Source of the DNA: Octopus sinensis | Lineage: Eukaryota | Assembly: GCF_006345805.1 (NCBI RefSeq) | Contig: NC_043008.1 | Coordinates: 20,150,001-20,214,000 of the forward strand | Reading direction: 5' to 3' | Length of the DNA stretch: 64,000 bases | In this document: positions 37,626 through 54,849 of the stretch, piece by piece | Position numbering within the stretch: the first letter of the stretch is position 1 | Layout: each line of letters opens with the position of its first letter | Translations under genes and position numbers: made by a program | The notes under the pieces: generated by a model | Database searches by the model: none | What the model was told of the DNA's origin: nothing | The model's input: only the letters and a program-made list of their open reading frames with translations

Positions 37626-38226
37626 GTAATAACAACAATAATAATAATAATGATAATGATAATAATAATGATGATGATAATTAGTGGATGAAGTGACAAT
37701 AAAATTAAGTATAATGTTGGCAACAACAGTTATTCTGATTGTAATAACTCTGTCCATATTTGTAGTGACAACAACAGCAACAACTGCTACAAGTTGAAAA
37801 CTGACCAGAAGTGGCGACGTTGCGTAAGCGCGGAATCTATCCATAGCAGATTCACGATACGAACCACAACAATAAAAAACGGTGTTAATACCAACAACGA
37901 CTCCGACAACAACAACACCAGTACGATAAACACAATATTACCCGCATTGTTAACAGAACAACAACAATAATAACAACAAAAAAAAAGAACAACAAAGACT
38001 TGGAAACAGTCTAATTAACATCAGTGATATAACATCGACAACAGAAAAAAAAAAAAAACAACGAGAGTTTGTTAAAGAAAGAGTTCGTTGTTAAAGCGAA
38101 CTGCGAACACTTTACAAAAGATTACGGGAAAAATAGGACGGAAGATATAAAGAAGAAAGAATGGTAAGTCTATGATATTGGATACTATATACACGCACAC
38201 ACGGCGATGAGATGATAATAATAATA

Positions 38227-38258
<32 letters not shown>

Positions 38259-38320
38259 TAATAATAATAATATAATAATAATAATAATAATAATGATGAT
38301 GATAAATGCAACAAATGATG
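33500..38320. repeat. ~5 kb low-complexity block: (TG)n, (GGT)n, (GAA)n, (CAC)n, (CAT)n, (AAT)n
   Basis: Direct reading. Confidence 0.95.
35510..36320 (+). repeat. CAC-rich minisatellite, ~112-bp unit, ~7 copies, alternating A/B variants
   Basis: ACTATCAGAAC recurs about every 112 bp; variants ACTGACGAGAAC / ACCGACAGAAC alternate in the central part. Confidence 0.85.
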
Positions 38321-38599
38321 AGAGAAGTAATTGTTTATCGCAACAACTGCTATAGTTCCACTGATAATAAAAGAGCGAAGATAGGAGCGACTAACCTTTT
38401 GATAACACTACATGTAAAAGAAAAAAAAAGTTGGTACTCTACCAGAGAAATAAGATAGTGATACATGCATACATACATGCATACATACAATCATACATAC
38501 ATACTACAGCAACAACAAAAATATTAATCCTTTATACTATAGGCACAAGCCCCTGGATTTTGTGGACATACGTATATACAAACAAACATACACATGCCC

Positions 38600-38632
<33 letters not shown>

Positions 38633-38764
38633 GTACAGACATGTATATACGTATATACAGTATATGTATAAAAAAATATAGATTATACATTTAATAATTG
38701 TAATATATACATATCTATCTAATCCAATCTATATACCTACACACATACACATACACACTTATAC

Positions 38765-38802
<38 letters not shown>

Positions 38803-39764
38803 CTACACACACATGCATGTGTATGAAAGTGAAAGTAAGATAGACAGAAGGAGAAATAAGTTTCGCAATTTCGCAAAGCAGTAAGAGAGAGATAGAGAGA
38901 GAGACAGAGAAAAGAGAGAAAGAAGAGAAAGAAAGAGAGAACGAAAAGAGAGATAGAGCGAAAGAAGAGAAAGAGAGAGAGAGAAAGAGAGAAGGCGAAA
39001 GAGCGAAAGAGCGAGAGAGAGAGAGAAATAGAAGGAAATACGTAGTTCGATAAACAGTGAAAGGAGAAGGCGGGAGATATTTTCTAGTTAAAACTTCAGT
39101 TTCTTTTCTGTTAATCAGCTAGTTGCGTTTGCTTACTGCTTACTGCTGTGACAACTATGCGAACACGTTCTCTTTATAACGGCGGCTTTTCTTCACATCA
39201 TTATGTAAGTACATACGGCTCGATGACGAGTCCCTATTTACCATCACCTCTCTTGCATGTGCCCTATTAATCTTCGTAACCCTTTTCCTCCTCTTTTCTT
39301 TTCTTTATTTCGTTTCTTTTCGCGTTTTTTTTCTTCTTCTCTTCTTCCAAACCTCTCTCACTTTACGTTTCTCTCTCTCTCTCTGTTTCCTTCTTACTTT
39401 CTTTCCTTCTTTCATTCTCTCTTTCATTCTTTTCTTCCCCCCTCTCTCTCTCACTCGCTTTCTCTCACTCTCTCTCTCTCTCTCCCACTCTCTCTCTCTC
39501 TAATTTCTCCGAATGATTGCAAATGTGAATTACCAACACCGTTGTTACTATTGTCATATCTAAAAATACCACCACCAGCACCACCACCACCTCTCCAACC
39601 CCCACCAAAACACCAACATCACTATTGTTAGCATCATCATCAACAACTTTACCTTTACATTAAAATCAACATCGCCCCTTCACCTTTTAATCACCAAAAT
39701 ATTAACACCGACACCGACAACAACAATAAAAGTAAGAATACTTTCTACTATACGCAGGGAGGGG

Positions 39765-40309
39765 GTCAGTCGATCACATCGACCCCAGTACACGATTCCT
39801 ACTTAATTTATCGACCCCGACAGGATGAAAGGCAACGACGACTTGGGTGGAATTTGAACTCAGAACGTTGCGCCTGGCAAAATGCCGCTAAGCATTTAGT
39901 CCAGACTGCTAACGATTCTGCCAGCTCACCACTTTACCATTATTATTATCATTATTATTATTATTATTATCATCATCATAATCATCATCATCATCATCAT
40001 CATCATCAGAATCATCATCAACAACAACAACAATAATAATAATAATGATCCCTTCTACTATAGACACAAGGCCTGAAATTTTGGGGGAGGGGTATAGTCG
40101 ATTACAATGACCCCAATGTTTCACTGGTATTTAATTTATTGACCCAGAAAGGAGAAATGGCAAAGTCGACCTCAGCGGAATTTGAACTCAGAACGTAGCG
40201 ACGGGCGAATTACCGCTAATTATTTCGCCCGGCGTGCTGACAATTTTCCCACCTCGCTGCCTTAGTAGTTGTAGTAGTAATAATAATAATAATAATAATG
40301 ATAATAATA

Positions 40310-40360
<51 letters not shown>

Positions 40361-40800
40361 GTGATGATGATTTTAAATTTTGGGCACAAAGCCATCAAGT
40401 TTGGCAGGAGGGAGAATAAGTTAATGCCATCCACCTCAGTGTTCAATTAGTACTTATTTTATCGACCCTGAAACGTTAACAGGAAAAGTCGGCCTCGCCG
40501 GGATTTGAACTCAGAACGTTAAGATAATGAAAATGCTTAGCGGCTTACTATTGTGTCAGTTTACCGCCTCTATTAATTGTTTTAATTAGGAGGGGCACAA
40601 GGCCAGTAATTCTAAGGGGCAGAAGTTAGTCGATACTCTCGACTCCTGTACTTGGCTGGTGTATGTTTTTTTTTTATCGATCTGCAAAAGATGAAAAGCA
40701 AAGTTAACTTCGGTGATATTTGAACGCAGAACGTAAAGAGTCGGAAGAAATATCGCATCGCAGTTTTTAGAGATGTTTAGCGATTCTACATAATCTCTGC
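39765..40800 (-). mobile_element. Cluster of four SINE-B copies separated by (AAT)/(CAT)n
   Basis: Copies at ~39765-39930, 40055-40262, 40370-40570, 40590-40800. Confidence 0.8.
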
Positions 40801-41197
40801 TAATAACGTTTTTATTAGCCACAGGGTTCATGACATTGTCATTTCTGCCGTCTGTGGCGAAAAACGTTAAGAACAACACAAAGACAAATTATATGGCACC
40901 ACTTCTTGTAATAAAAGTGGGATTAGCATGGATTAATGGAACGAAACAATCGAACAATAATAAGACATAAATAAATAGTTAAGAAAATATAGAAGAGCGA
41001 AAAAATGTAAGAACTTCAACATGAAGGGAGTAGCAACTACGTAGGGTACAGGATCTCGAAGTATCACTCAGTTATATCTTGAGATAATAAAGGGCTCACT
41101 GATTAAAACAACAAAGCAAGGATGTAGATGCATATTGAAGATAAAATTTGCAGAGAATCCTCACAACGCTATACCATTAAGATATTGAGGAAATACG

Positions 41198-41236
<39 letters not shown>

Positions 41237-41509
41237 GTCAATGCTAAACTTTATCTCCGTAATGTTAACCATTCTATGAACGTTAGCAACAACAGAATAT
41301 AGTTTCGGCGCTAGATAATAGCATTGGTAGAATATCACGCAAATGCTTTGAACGGTATTCTAGCTGTGTCTCTTTGTGTACTAGGTTCGAATCCTGCCGG
41401 GTCCACGCTTCCAAGAAGTAGGTGTGAGTGGAGAATTCGTTTTACATATGTTCATATGTATGTATGCATATATATGTGTGTGTTGTTTATATATGTGTGT
41501 GTATATAGA

Positions 41510-42030
<521 letters not shown>

Positions 42031-42426
42031 TATGTATTTCTGAACCTAACACATCCTAACCCACTAAATTCGAATGTTTGTGCCTGTAAGCCATCATCAT
42101 TGTCTTGTGGACGGGCATGGTATAGAGCTGGGGTCAAAATGCTTAGCGGCACTGTTCTGGATCATGACGTCCCGATTTCAAATCCTGCTTATATCAACGT
42201 TGCATTCCTTATGATTTTCTTAATCATATTCTTATTCCACCAACGTCTTGTAATCAGCTTATCCTTCTCAGCATCACCAGAATCCATCCTCGTAATGGTC
42301 AACAGAAACGTCACTGCTGTCATCGTATAACCATCTTTTTTTAATTTATTCTTTCTAATCAGCAAACATTAAAAGCGATGACACAGACAATCGTAAAACA
42401 GACTCTACCAAAACCGATCGCAATAG

Positions 42427-42486
<60 letters not shown>

Positions 42487-43193
42487 TATCATCATCATCA
42501 TCATCATTATCATCTTCATTATCATCATCATCATTATCGTCGTCGTCATCATCATCATCATTATCACCACCGTTATCATCATTAACGCCGACGTCGTCAT
42601 CGCTTGCAGTGATATTAATAACACTATCGTTATTATTATTATTATTATTATATTATTATTATTGTTGTTGTTGTTACTGTTGTTGTTATTGAGTGAGAGA
42701 ACAGTGCATGCCATCAAAGTGGCACAGGGATACGTATGTACGAGGCATGTACATCACGACAGTATGCACGCCCCATGGTCACCTCACATCGAGATAAGCA
42801 GTGCATGACCTTGCAGGTGAAACCCAATTAGAATTTTCTTCAGGTCCAGTAGCCTATGCTGCTCAAATGCTCCCAGACTAAGAGTTGTTTAAGGATGAAC
42901 GAAACTCCGTCTTACTTGAGATGAATTACTCAAACTTCAACAAATACTTCTCAACACATGGCTATGATGCTCCACTTATACCCACGCTCGGGATCAGAGA
43001 TACTAATATCATCAGCCACCAAGGGACATGCACAAGTGCTTAAGGTCAAGAACCTGAGAAACAAACCTGATATTCGGCAGAGTATTTGATGTAGCATTTT
43101 ACAGAGCCAAAACTTGTACTTAGCACTTCCAATCAGTTTAGATTAGAAACCACGAAAGCCACAGTCTGGTATTTCGTTGGGGGATTTATAAAA

Positions 43194-43266
<73 letters not shown>

Positions 43267-43296
43267 TAATAAAAACAATAATACGTATTATTATTG

Positions 43297-43388
<92 letters not shown>

Positions 43389-43389
43389 T

Positions 43390-43926
43390 TCTGCGAGATG
43401 GCAGAATGGTTACCGCGTCGAACAAAATGCTTAGATTCATTTGGTTTGTCTTTGCCTTTTGAGATCACATTCCGCCTCTGTCGACTTCGCTTTTTTTTAC
43501 CTTTTCGATATCGAGAAAGCAAGTACCAGTTGAACACTTGGGTCCATGTAAACCACTTATCCCTCCTTTGAAGCTGTTGGCCTTGTGCCCTATTTTGAAA
43601 CCATTATTATTATAAGAAGAAGGTGAGCTGGCAGAATCGTTAGCACGCCGGGCAGAATGCTTAGCGACATTTTATCCATGTGTACGTTCTCAGTTCAAAT
43701 ACCGCCGAGGTCCACTTTGACTTTCAATTTTCTGGGTCAATAAAATAAGTAACAACTCAACCCTGGGGTAGATGTGATCGACTCATCACCCCCCTTGATC
43801 TTCTTGGCATTGTGACACAATTTAAAACAATTATCATCATCATCATCATCATCATCATTATTATTATTATTATTACTTTTTTTTTACTTCTTTCAAATTT
43901 TCTTCCATTTCTTGCCGAGTGTCTTC

Positions 43927-43987
<61 letters not shown>

Positions 43988-44473
43988 TATTATTATTTGG
44001 CGAGGTGGCAGAATCGTTAGCACGCCGGACGAAATGCTTAGCGGCATTTCATCTGTCTTCACGTTCAGGTTTCGAATGCAGTCGGGGTAGACTTTGCCAT
44101 TGGTCCTTTCGGGTTCGATAAATTAAGTACCAATTATACATTGTGGTCGATGTAATCAGCTTGTCCCCGACCCCAAATTTTCATGCCTTTTACCAATAGT
44201 AGAAAGGTTTATCATTATTATTATTATCATTATTATTATTGTTATTATTATTATCAACAACAACAACAACAACAACAACAATAATAATAATAATAGTAAT
44301 AATAATCCTTTCTACTAGACACAAGGCCTGAAATTTTGGGGAGGGGATGGTCGATTACATCGACCCCAAAGTTTCACTGGTACTTAATTTATTGACTCAG
44401 AAAGGATAAATGCCAAAGTCGACCTCAGTGGAATCTGATCTCAGAACGTAGCGACTGGCGCAAAACCACTTGG

Positions 44474-44520
<47 letters not shown>

Positions 44521-44786
44521 TATTATTATTATTATATTATTATTATCATTATTATTATTATCATTATTATTATTATTATTCTATGTTTGACTTTTGCTTT
44601 ATGTCTGTACAAGTTGGCTCCAAGTCTCACCCAGAGACCTCAAGAGACAACAGGTTGGAAGTTCTGTGCCATATATTTGGAGGGTTTTTTTTTGTTGTTG
44701 TACTAGTGAATGTCTAATACATAAAAAAAATAATAAATAAAATTTTTAAAAAATAAAAAAGTAAATAAAATAAATTTTTTTTTTAA

Positions 44787-44831
<45 letters not shown>

Positions 44832-45450
44832 ATTATTATTATTATTATTATTATTTTATTATTATTATTATCGCCGACCTGCTGAGGTCAGCACTGACTG
44901 TTATCCAAGGACCGATAAAATTAAAATCCACATTATCGACTAAACCTCGTTTGCAATTTTTAGTTCTTATACATTTCTCACTAAAATAATTATAATTAGC
45001 ACTTTCCGAAAAGCTGTACAAATACCGCGAAAATTTATTAGTAACTTATTCTTCTGAGATGAAATTCCAGCCAGATTAAATTTGGCTGTCATGCTACGGT
45101 TGCAAATATAAATACAAAAGCTGTCAGAGAATTAGAGTTAATGTAATCGATTGTTTTTAACGGCTTCGATTTCCTTATATTTTGGGCCTTGTGCCTCTAT
45201 CTGGAATTTAAGATTTATTATCAATATTTACTGTATTCACAGACGGCGAGATGGTGGAATGCTTAGCACGCCGGGCAGGAAGCTAAGCGGAATTTCGTGC
45301 GTCTTTACGTTCTGATTTCAAATTCTGTGTGCTCGAATTTGCCTTTCATCCCTTTCGTGGGCTATAAAATAAGTACCAGTTCCACACTAGAATCCACCAA
45401 GTCGATTTGCCCCCGACACCTAAAATGCTAACCTTGTGCCAAAATTTCTT
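43390..45450. mobile_element. Cluster of SINE-B copies: + at 43390-43605, 43618-43830, 43998-44208, 45240-45450; - at 44302-44470
   Basis: Family B motifs, mostly followed by (ATT)n tails. Confidence 0.8.
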
Positions 45451-45519
45451 ACTAATATTTATTGTTTTCCAGTATTTCTTGTGATTCTGACATATTTCAG
45501 ACTTATCGTTGCTACATCT

Positions 45520-48620
<3,101 letters not shown>

Positions 48621-48659
48621 GAGTCAAACATTTACGTAGACATAAACAGATACATTGAT

Positions 48660-49015
48660 AGGCTCAAGTTGTGGTAAAGGAGCCCGCTTTGCAATCTTGC
48701 GGTTTCAGATACAGTCGTAAAGACGACACCTTTCATATGTGTCTTCTACAATAGACCCTGGCCAACCATCGCATTGTGACTGAATCTGGTAGTTGGAAAC
48801 TGTGGAGATGCAACTGTGATATATGTGTGTGTGTGTGGTGTGTGTGTGTGTGTGTCTGTGTGTGTATGAGCGCCTGCGTGTGTGTGTGCGTATGTAAACC
48901 ACGGTTATATGTATATATAGGTTTACAAAGGATAAATCTTGGGTTTCCTTTGTTCGACTAAAGGCGGTACTCCATCATGGCCCTCAGTCAAATGACTGAA
49001 ACAAGTAAAACAATT
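48660..49015 (+). mobile_element. Degenerate SINE family A
   Basis: Tail TTCGACTAAAGGCGGTACTCCATCATGGCC..TGACTGAAACAAGTAAAA. Confidence 0.7.
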
Positions 49016-49079
49016 AAAGAACACACGCATGCACAAAAACGCACAAGCAAACACACACACAAGCTGGCATTTCACGCAT

Positions 49080-49155
<76 letters not shown>

Positions 49156-49411
49156 GTTGTAGGCCATGTTTTTCCACCGTTACCCGAAACCTGTATGTCA
49201 GACATTCCTGTGATTGGTGATCCATATTCTTACTAATCTCATCACTCAAGCTTAGTGATGAGCGTGCTTTAAACTCATCCACATAGTTCTTAATTGTATA
49301 TGTATGTAAGCATGTGTGCTTGTGTGTGTGTGTGTGTGTGTCTGTCTGTATGTACGTGCGTGTGTGTATGTGTGTGTGTGTGTGTGTTGGTGTATGTGTG
49401 TGTCTGTTTAT

Positions 49412-49545
49412 ATAGGGTAAAGACCCCTTTGATACTCAATGACTATGGGATTGCATCCAGAAAGTTCTCCTCCGAGGTACAAGTCCGGGAAACGTTGTTT
49501 ACAGAAGACAAGCAGTCACCCATGCAAACCAGCTTACAATCTCTA
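49412..49545 (-). mobile_element. SINE family C 3' part
   Basis: Reverse complement of the 33050-33180 tail (AGGGTAAAGACCCC..GGGATTGCA..ACAAGTCCGGG). Confidence 0.7.
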
Positions 49546-50295
49546 CGTCGAGAAGGGAATACCCGCACATTGAATAAAATCACAATCAACTGATCCTCCT
49601 GTATTTGCTGTTGCCCATAGCGAGGGCATGTTCAGCATCCACTCGAATAACATACACATATATATATACACAAACATAGACACTCTCACACATATACATA
49701 TATAATTTCAATGTTTGTCTGTTGATTTCTCTTAAATAAAGCTAGTTTACTGAATCTTTATAGATTCTTTTATAAAATCGGTTCAAACTATTATAATTCG
49801 CCTTACATTGTACACTCAATGTATCGCTCAAGTTTCCAAATAATTCATTTCTTTTAGATATTGTATTTTCGATGGAAAATATCCTCTCATTCATTATCCG
49901 CATATATCTCCAACCCTAAATTTGCATTCTACACCTATTTTACAAACTGAAGCGAAATACAAATGGAAATATGAAACTGAAGACCAAATCTTGATTGAAA
50001 TCAACGAAAGCCAAATATCATTCATGACGTGTGTAAAAGGTTTAGTCATTCAGTTTTGTACGGAAACGGCAAAATGTGAGAGGAAATTTCCCTATAGAGA
50101 TCTCTGTTCAGCATTTTGTAGTTTACTGTCAATCACTGAGACAAGGATAACGCTTTTGATGGCATGAAATATTAGTTGGTCATTTACAACAGTATACGAG
50201 CTATCTTTTGTAGCTTTCGTCTCTCTCTCTCTCACCCTATTTCATTCCTCTTTCTGTGTGGATACATACAATAATATATTATATATATATTATAT

Positions 50296-50353
<58 letters not shown>

Positions 50354-50821
50354 TATATATATTTATATTATATTATGTATATGTATTTATGCGGGACAAG
50401 TATGTTTAGAGATATGCAACACGTATTGTGCTAAATAAGTTCAATTTTAAGAATTGTACGTATGCATTTCCATTTTTAATGTAATTAGTATTAGAGTTAG
50501 GTTATATAGGTTCGTATTATATATGATACACGCTAAACATTACATACATGCACAAATACACATTCACGTGTATACATGATATGTATGTATGTATGTATGT
50601 AGTTTTGTATGTATGTATGTATGCATGTATGTATGTATGTATGTATGTATGTAGTAGAGCTGAATATATATAGATAAGGTTACACGTAGACATACACTAA
50701 CACAGAGACACACAGATACACGCGGACACACAGAGAAAGAGAAAGAGAGCGATTGAGAAAGAAAATATATTTCACATTTTTTTGCATGTACGTTACACAC
50801 ACACACACACACCACCACACA

Positions 50822-50884
<63 letters not shown>

Positions 50885-50912
50885 GTATAGGGGTGAAAAG
50901 GAAACACAGTTG

Positions 50913-51214
50913 ATATATATGAAAAAACCAAGTCAAAATAGAAATGCTAAACTAATTTTATAAAGAACATTTCCTTACGGTTTCGTCATTTTGAGACCTT
51001 TTGAGGTCTCGAACACACAAGTGCAAACAAGGAGACAGATAAAGGCAGAATGCCACTTATATTGAACACTATACAATATTCTTTAAAAAAACTTTTCTTT
51101 TAATTTTTCTAATTTAATTATTTAATCGTACAGTTGAAAAGTCTCAAAATGACCGAAACCGGTACTGAAATGTTCTTTATAAATTAGTTTAGCATTTTCT
51201 ATTTTGGCTTGTTT

Positions 51215-51228
<14 letters not shown>
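50913..51228. repeat. Foldback element (arms 50913-51002 / 51137-51228) carrying a variant HHR
   Basis: Arms are ~90% complementary; the right arm ends in (TA)n. Confidence 0.85.
51131..51167 (+). ncRNA. Hammerhead ribozyme variant with U3/A8 core (UUGAAAA)
   Basis: CAG-TTGAAAA-(G)GTC-TCAAAAT-GACC-GAAAC-CG-GTA|CTG. The missing G is present in the mirror arm (AAAAGGTCTCAAAATGAC). Confidence 0.6.
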
Positions 51229-51252
<24 letters not shown>

Positions 51253-51533
51253 TATGCTTGTACGTATGTATGTATGTATGTATGTATGTATGTATGTATG
51301 TATATGTATGTATATGTATTGATAGAAATGTTAAGACAACAAAGGAATGAAAGAGACCTCGATATTAACTAAATGGAGGAATTTATCTGTAAATATAATA
51401 TAATATCCGAGCATCGAATGACCGGATGACTGAAGAGATGGCGGCGTTGGTTTCCCCAAGACATGAGAAACACGGAGTTTCAATCATGGCTACCGAATAA
51501 ATGGTCACATATTTATATATATATATATACATA

Positions 51534-51567
<34 letters not shown>

Positions 51568-51590
51568 ATATATATATATTATATATATAT

Positions 51591-51669
51591 AACATTATGG
51601 TGATTGAAGAAATGGAGCTGAACGCAGATTGAACGCGTTCAGCTCCATTTCTCAATTCACCAATATGTT
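51591..51669. repeat. Hairpin with ~35-bp stem beside (TA)n
   Basis: GAAATGGAGCTGAACGC / GCGTTCAGCTCCATTTC is perfect; outer stem imperfect. Confidence 0.8.
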
Positions 51670-51835
51670 TTATTTCAATTATCCGCACCAAACGCACGGT
51701 TGCAACGCCAGATGGTTGTACCTCCAACCGGCTGTTCACTGCTGTGATTTTTGCTACTAAGGTATCGGTTAAACTTGATTAATCTCCTACAAGATTATTC
51801 ATCTTTCTCATATCCATCACATTATATATATATAT

Positions 51836-51870
<35 letters not shown>

Positions 51871-51889
51871 GAGTGTGTACATTTTATAG

Positions 51890-52105
51890 CTGACAGAAAC
51901 GTTAGCACGCTGAGCGAAAACTATGGCGGTATTGCGTCCGTCTTAACGCTCTGAGTTTAAATTCAGCCAAGGCTGACTTTGCGTTTCATCATATCGGAGT
52001 CAATAAAATAATTACGAATGGAACTCTGGAGTCGGTGTAATTGACTAGCACTCTCTCTCTCTCTCTCTCTTCCCTACAGTTTCAGGCCTTGTGACTTTAC
52101 TAGAT
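51890..52105 (+). mobile_element. Degenerate SINE family B
   Basis: GACAGAAACGTTAGCACGC..GAGTTTAAATTC. Confidence 0.7.
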
Positions 52106-52527
52106 TATTATCATTAATATGATTATTCGATTTGACTCAGGTTTGGTCTTATTCCTGGTACTATTTATGTGGGCAGCGGATTATTACTTGGAACCTGATA
52201 TCCTGATATATCCACAAGCTTTCCATGATCTTCTTCTTCTTCTGCTTCTTCTTCTTCTTCTTCTTCTTCTTCTTCTTCTTCTCTTCTTTCTTCGTCTTCT
52301 CTCTTCGTAGTCTTCTTCTTCTCTCTTCTCTTCTGTCTGTCTTCTCTTCTTTTTCTTCTTCTTCTTCTTCTTTTTCTTCTTCTCTTTCTTCTTCTTCTTT
52401 TTCTTTCTCTTTCTCTTCTTCTTCTTTTTTCTCTTTTTCTTCTTCTTCTTCTCTTCTCTTCTTCTTCTGTATATAATAATAATAATAATTATTATTATTA
52501 TTATTATTATTATATATTAATATCATA

Positions 52528-52567
<40 letters not shown>

Positions 52568-52603
52568 TTATATTATTATTATTATTATCATCATCATCAT
52601 CAT

Positions 52604-52647
<44 letters not shown>

Positions 52648-53299
52648 TTACACGACGGATTTTGTTTTTTTAATCCATATTAAAATCCGACGCCAATCTA
52701 TCCTGAGGATATTTTTAGATTTGACGGAGCTGACGTTCTGACCGGATCCAATCGGGCTAACGCCGCAGGCAGCTACTTCCGGAGTTTGACGATAGCTGCC
52801 GATGAAATAATTACCAATCAAACAATGTTTTCTATTCAATCGATTATTACTTCCCCTATTAAACTATGCGAGACCTTGTATATGTTATAATTACTTTTCT
52901 GTTTTGTGAACTCATTAATTGATTTTGAAATTCCCTATACGAAGCCTGGAGACGATAGCAAAGGTAATTTTTTCCGCTCCAATTATTTAATGAAGATCCG
53001 CTCCAATTGTCTAATGAAGATATGTTTATCACTGACGGAAAGAGTCGGTGTGTGTAGGACTAATGAAAATATGTGCCTATATGTCGGTAAGAAGAACTGG
53101 GGGAGACCCCGCTTCACCCTCCGTGGCCTTTGTATGGCCTTTGATTATTGGTGTCCCATATATGACTAATTTTGCTTATATTCCAACATCATATATAATT
53201 TGTTCTCTTTCATCACTTTCTATGTAAGTCTCTCGTTCATCCCTCACCTCTGTGGCTAATAAAAGAAATCCTCCTACACTTCCTGCTTCTAGGTAAAGT

Positions 53300-54800
53300 A
53301 CTTGCTAGTTAATAGAATCTACTAACGCCCACCAATTGTAATCGTTATGTTATTCACTAAGATAAACCATTTTGTGTTTGGTGCATTCCCTTGCATACAC
53401 CTAATGCTAATACTTACAGGTCCCTCTTTCCGTGTTAATCATAACATTACTATTATAATTATTGATGGAGTTGGACTGGCCCATGTTACTGCACAACGAA
53501 TTGGGTGTTTTAAGAGGTGTAACATTCAGAGACTCCAATGGAGTATTACTCGAGGTTCTGGACAATATTTCTCTAATATTTCATTTACGTCTAAAGGCAC
53601 CAATAGGCGGAATAATTATTTGTCGGAAAGGAGGATATTTTTCTGAAATATGTTGGTAAATGTCATGTGGAAGCACTCCGTCGGTTCCGACGACGAGGGT
53701 TCCGGTTGATCCGATCAACGGAACAGCCTGCTCGTGAAATTAACGTGTAAGTGGCTGAGCACTCCACAGACACGTGTACCCTTAACGTAGTTCTCGGGGA
53801 TATTTAACGTGACACAGAGAGTGACGAGGCCGGCCCTTTGAAATACAGGTACAACAGAAACAGGAAGTAAGATTGAGAGAAAGTTGTGGTGAAAGAGTAC
53901 ATCAGGGATCACCACCATCCCTGCCGGAGCCTCGTGGAGCTTTTTAGGTGTTTTCTCTCAATAAACACTCACAACGCCCGGTCTGGGAATCGAAACCGCG
54001 ATCCTACGACCGCGAGTCCGCTGCCCTAAACACTGGGCCATTGCGCCTCCACGGTAACTGTCATACAACGCTTTCGAAATTCCAGCAAAACTTTGGTGCC
54101 ATTTAACCACAAAAGGAATTCGGTCATAAGCTCTTTTCTAACTGCTAAAATCAGGCGTTAAAGTTTGATTATGACCACTAACTTTAGCTATGTCATTCGC
54201 GATTTCCTTTAATCGAGATTCACTATAAACGTGTTTTACAAAATGGCGCATGAAAGCATTTGCATGTTTCCAAGAATCCACAATGTCTGTGCAAATACGT
54301 CTTATCCTCAAAAACTGTGACTTCGAATTTGATTTGATTGTATGATGTGGATGATCAGAGCAGCGGTGGAGTTAAAAATAGGGAGCTATGGGTTTGCAAA
54401 ATAATTTTGTGACTATTCGGCCTTCCGAAAACTTTACTTTTTTGTCCAAAATGACGACGCTAGTTTTCGAAACGCTCGACGTGAATTTCATTTTCGAATT
54501 GAAGCCATAGTTTTCCTAGAAACAGCCACAGAAATGTAAAAATTTGACTAAACTATCCTCTGTTCCTTCCCAGACAAAAAAGACGTTGTCAATGAACCGT
54601 AACCTGAGTATAGGTTCATGACCATGCAGGGATTTGAATGTTTCTATTACTTGCATCTCAAAGTTTGTCATGAAGTCATTTGCGAAGTTATCTGCCATAG
54701 GGGTACTAATGGGCATCCCTTCGTCTAATGGAAATATTTTTTTTCCAAACTTGTGTTTCTTTGTAACACAACTTTCAATAAGTTAAGTTTTCGGAATGCC
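53300..54800 (-). pseudogene. Second, old Penelope-like element (Penelope/Neptune-type RT, thumb and linker), interrupted by a SINE
   Basis: MPISTPMADNFANDFM..LRFIDNVFFVWEG..MKFT..VILDK; LHRCSDHPHHT..KSQFLRIRRIC; RIPFVVKWH; after the SINE: PPIGAFRRK*NIREIL. Confidence 0.85.
53667..54052 (-). mobile_element. tRNA-derived SINE, family D, with 12-bp TSD
   Basis: Head GGAGGCGCAATGGCCCAGTG..GGTTTCGATTCC; TSD GGTAAATGTCAT (53655-53666) / GGTAACTGTCAT (54053-54064). Confidence 0.85.
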
Positions 54801-54849
54801 TGATCGTCACAGAATTACTTTGCAAACACACGTCATCCCATATATATCT

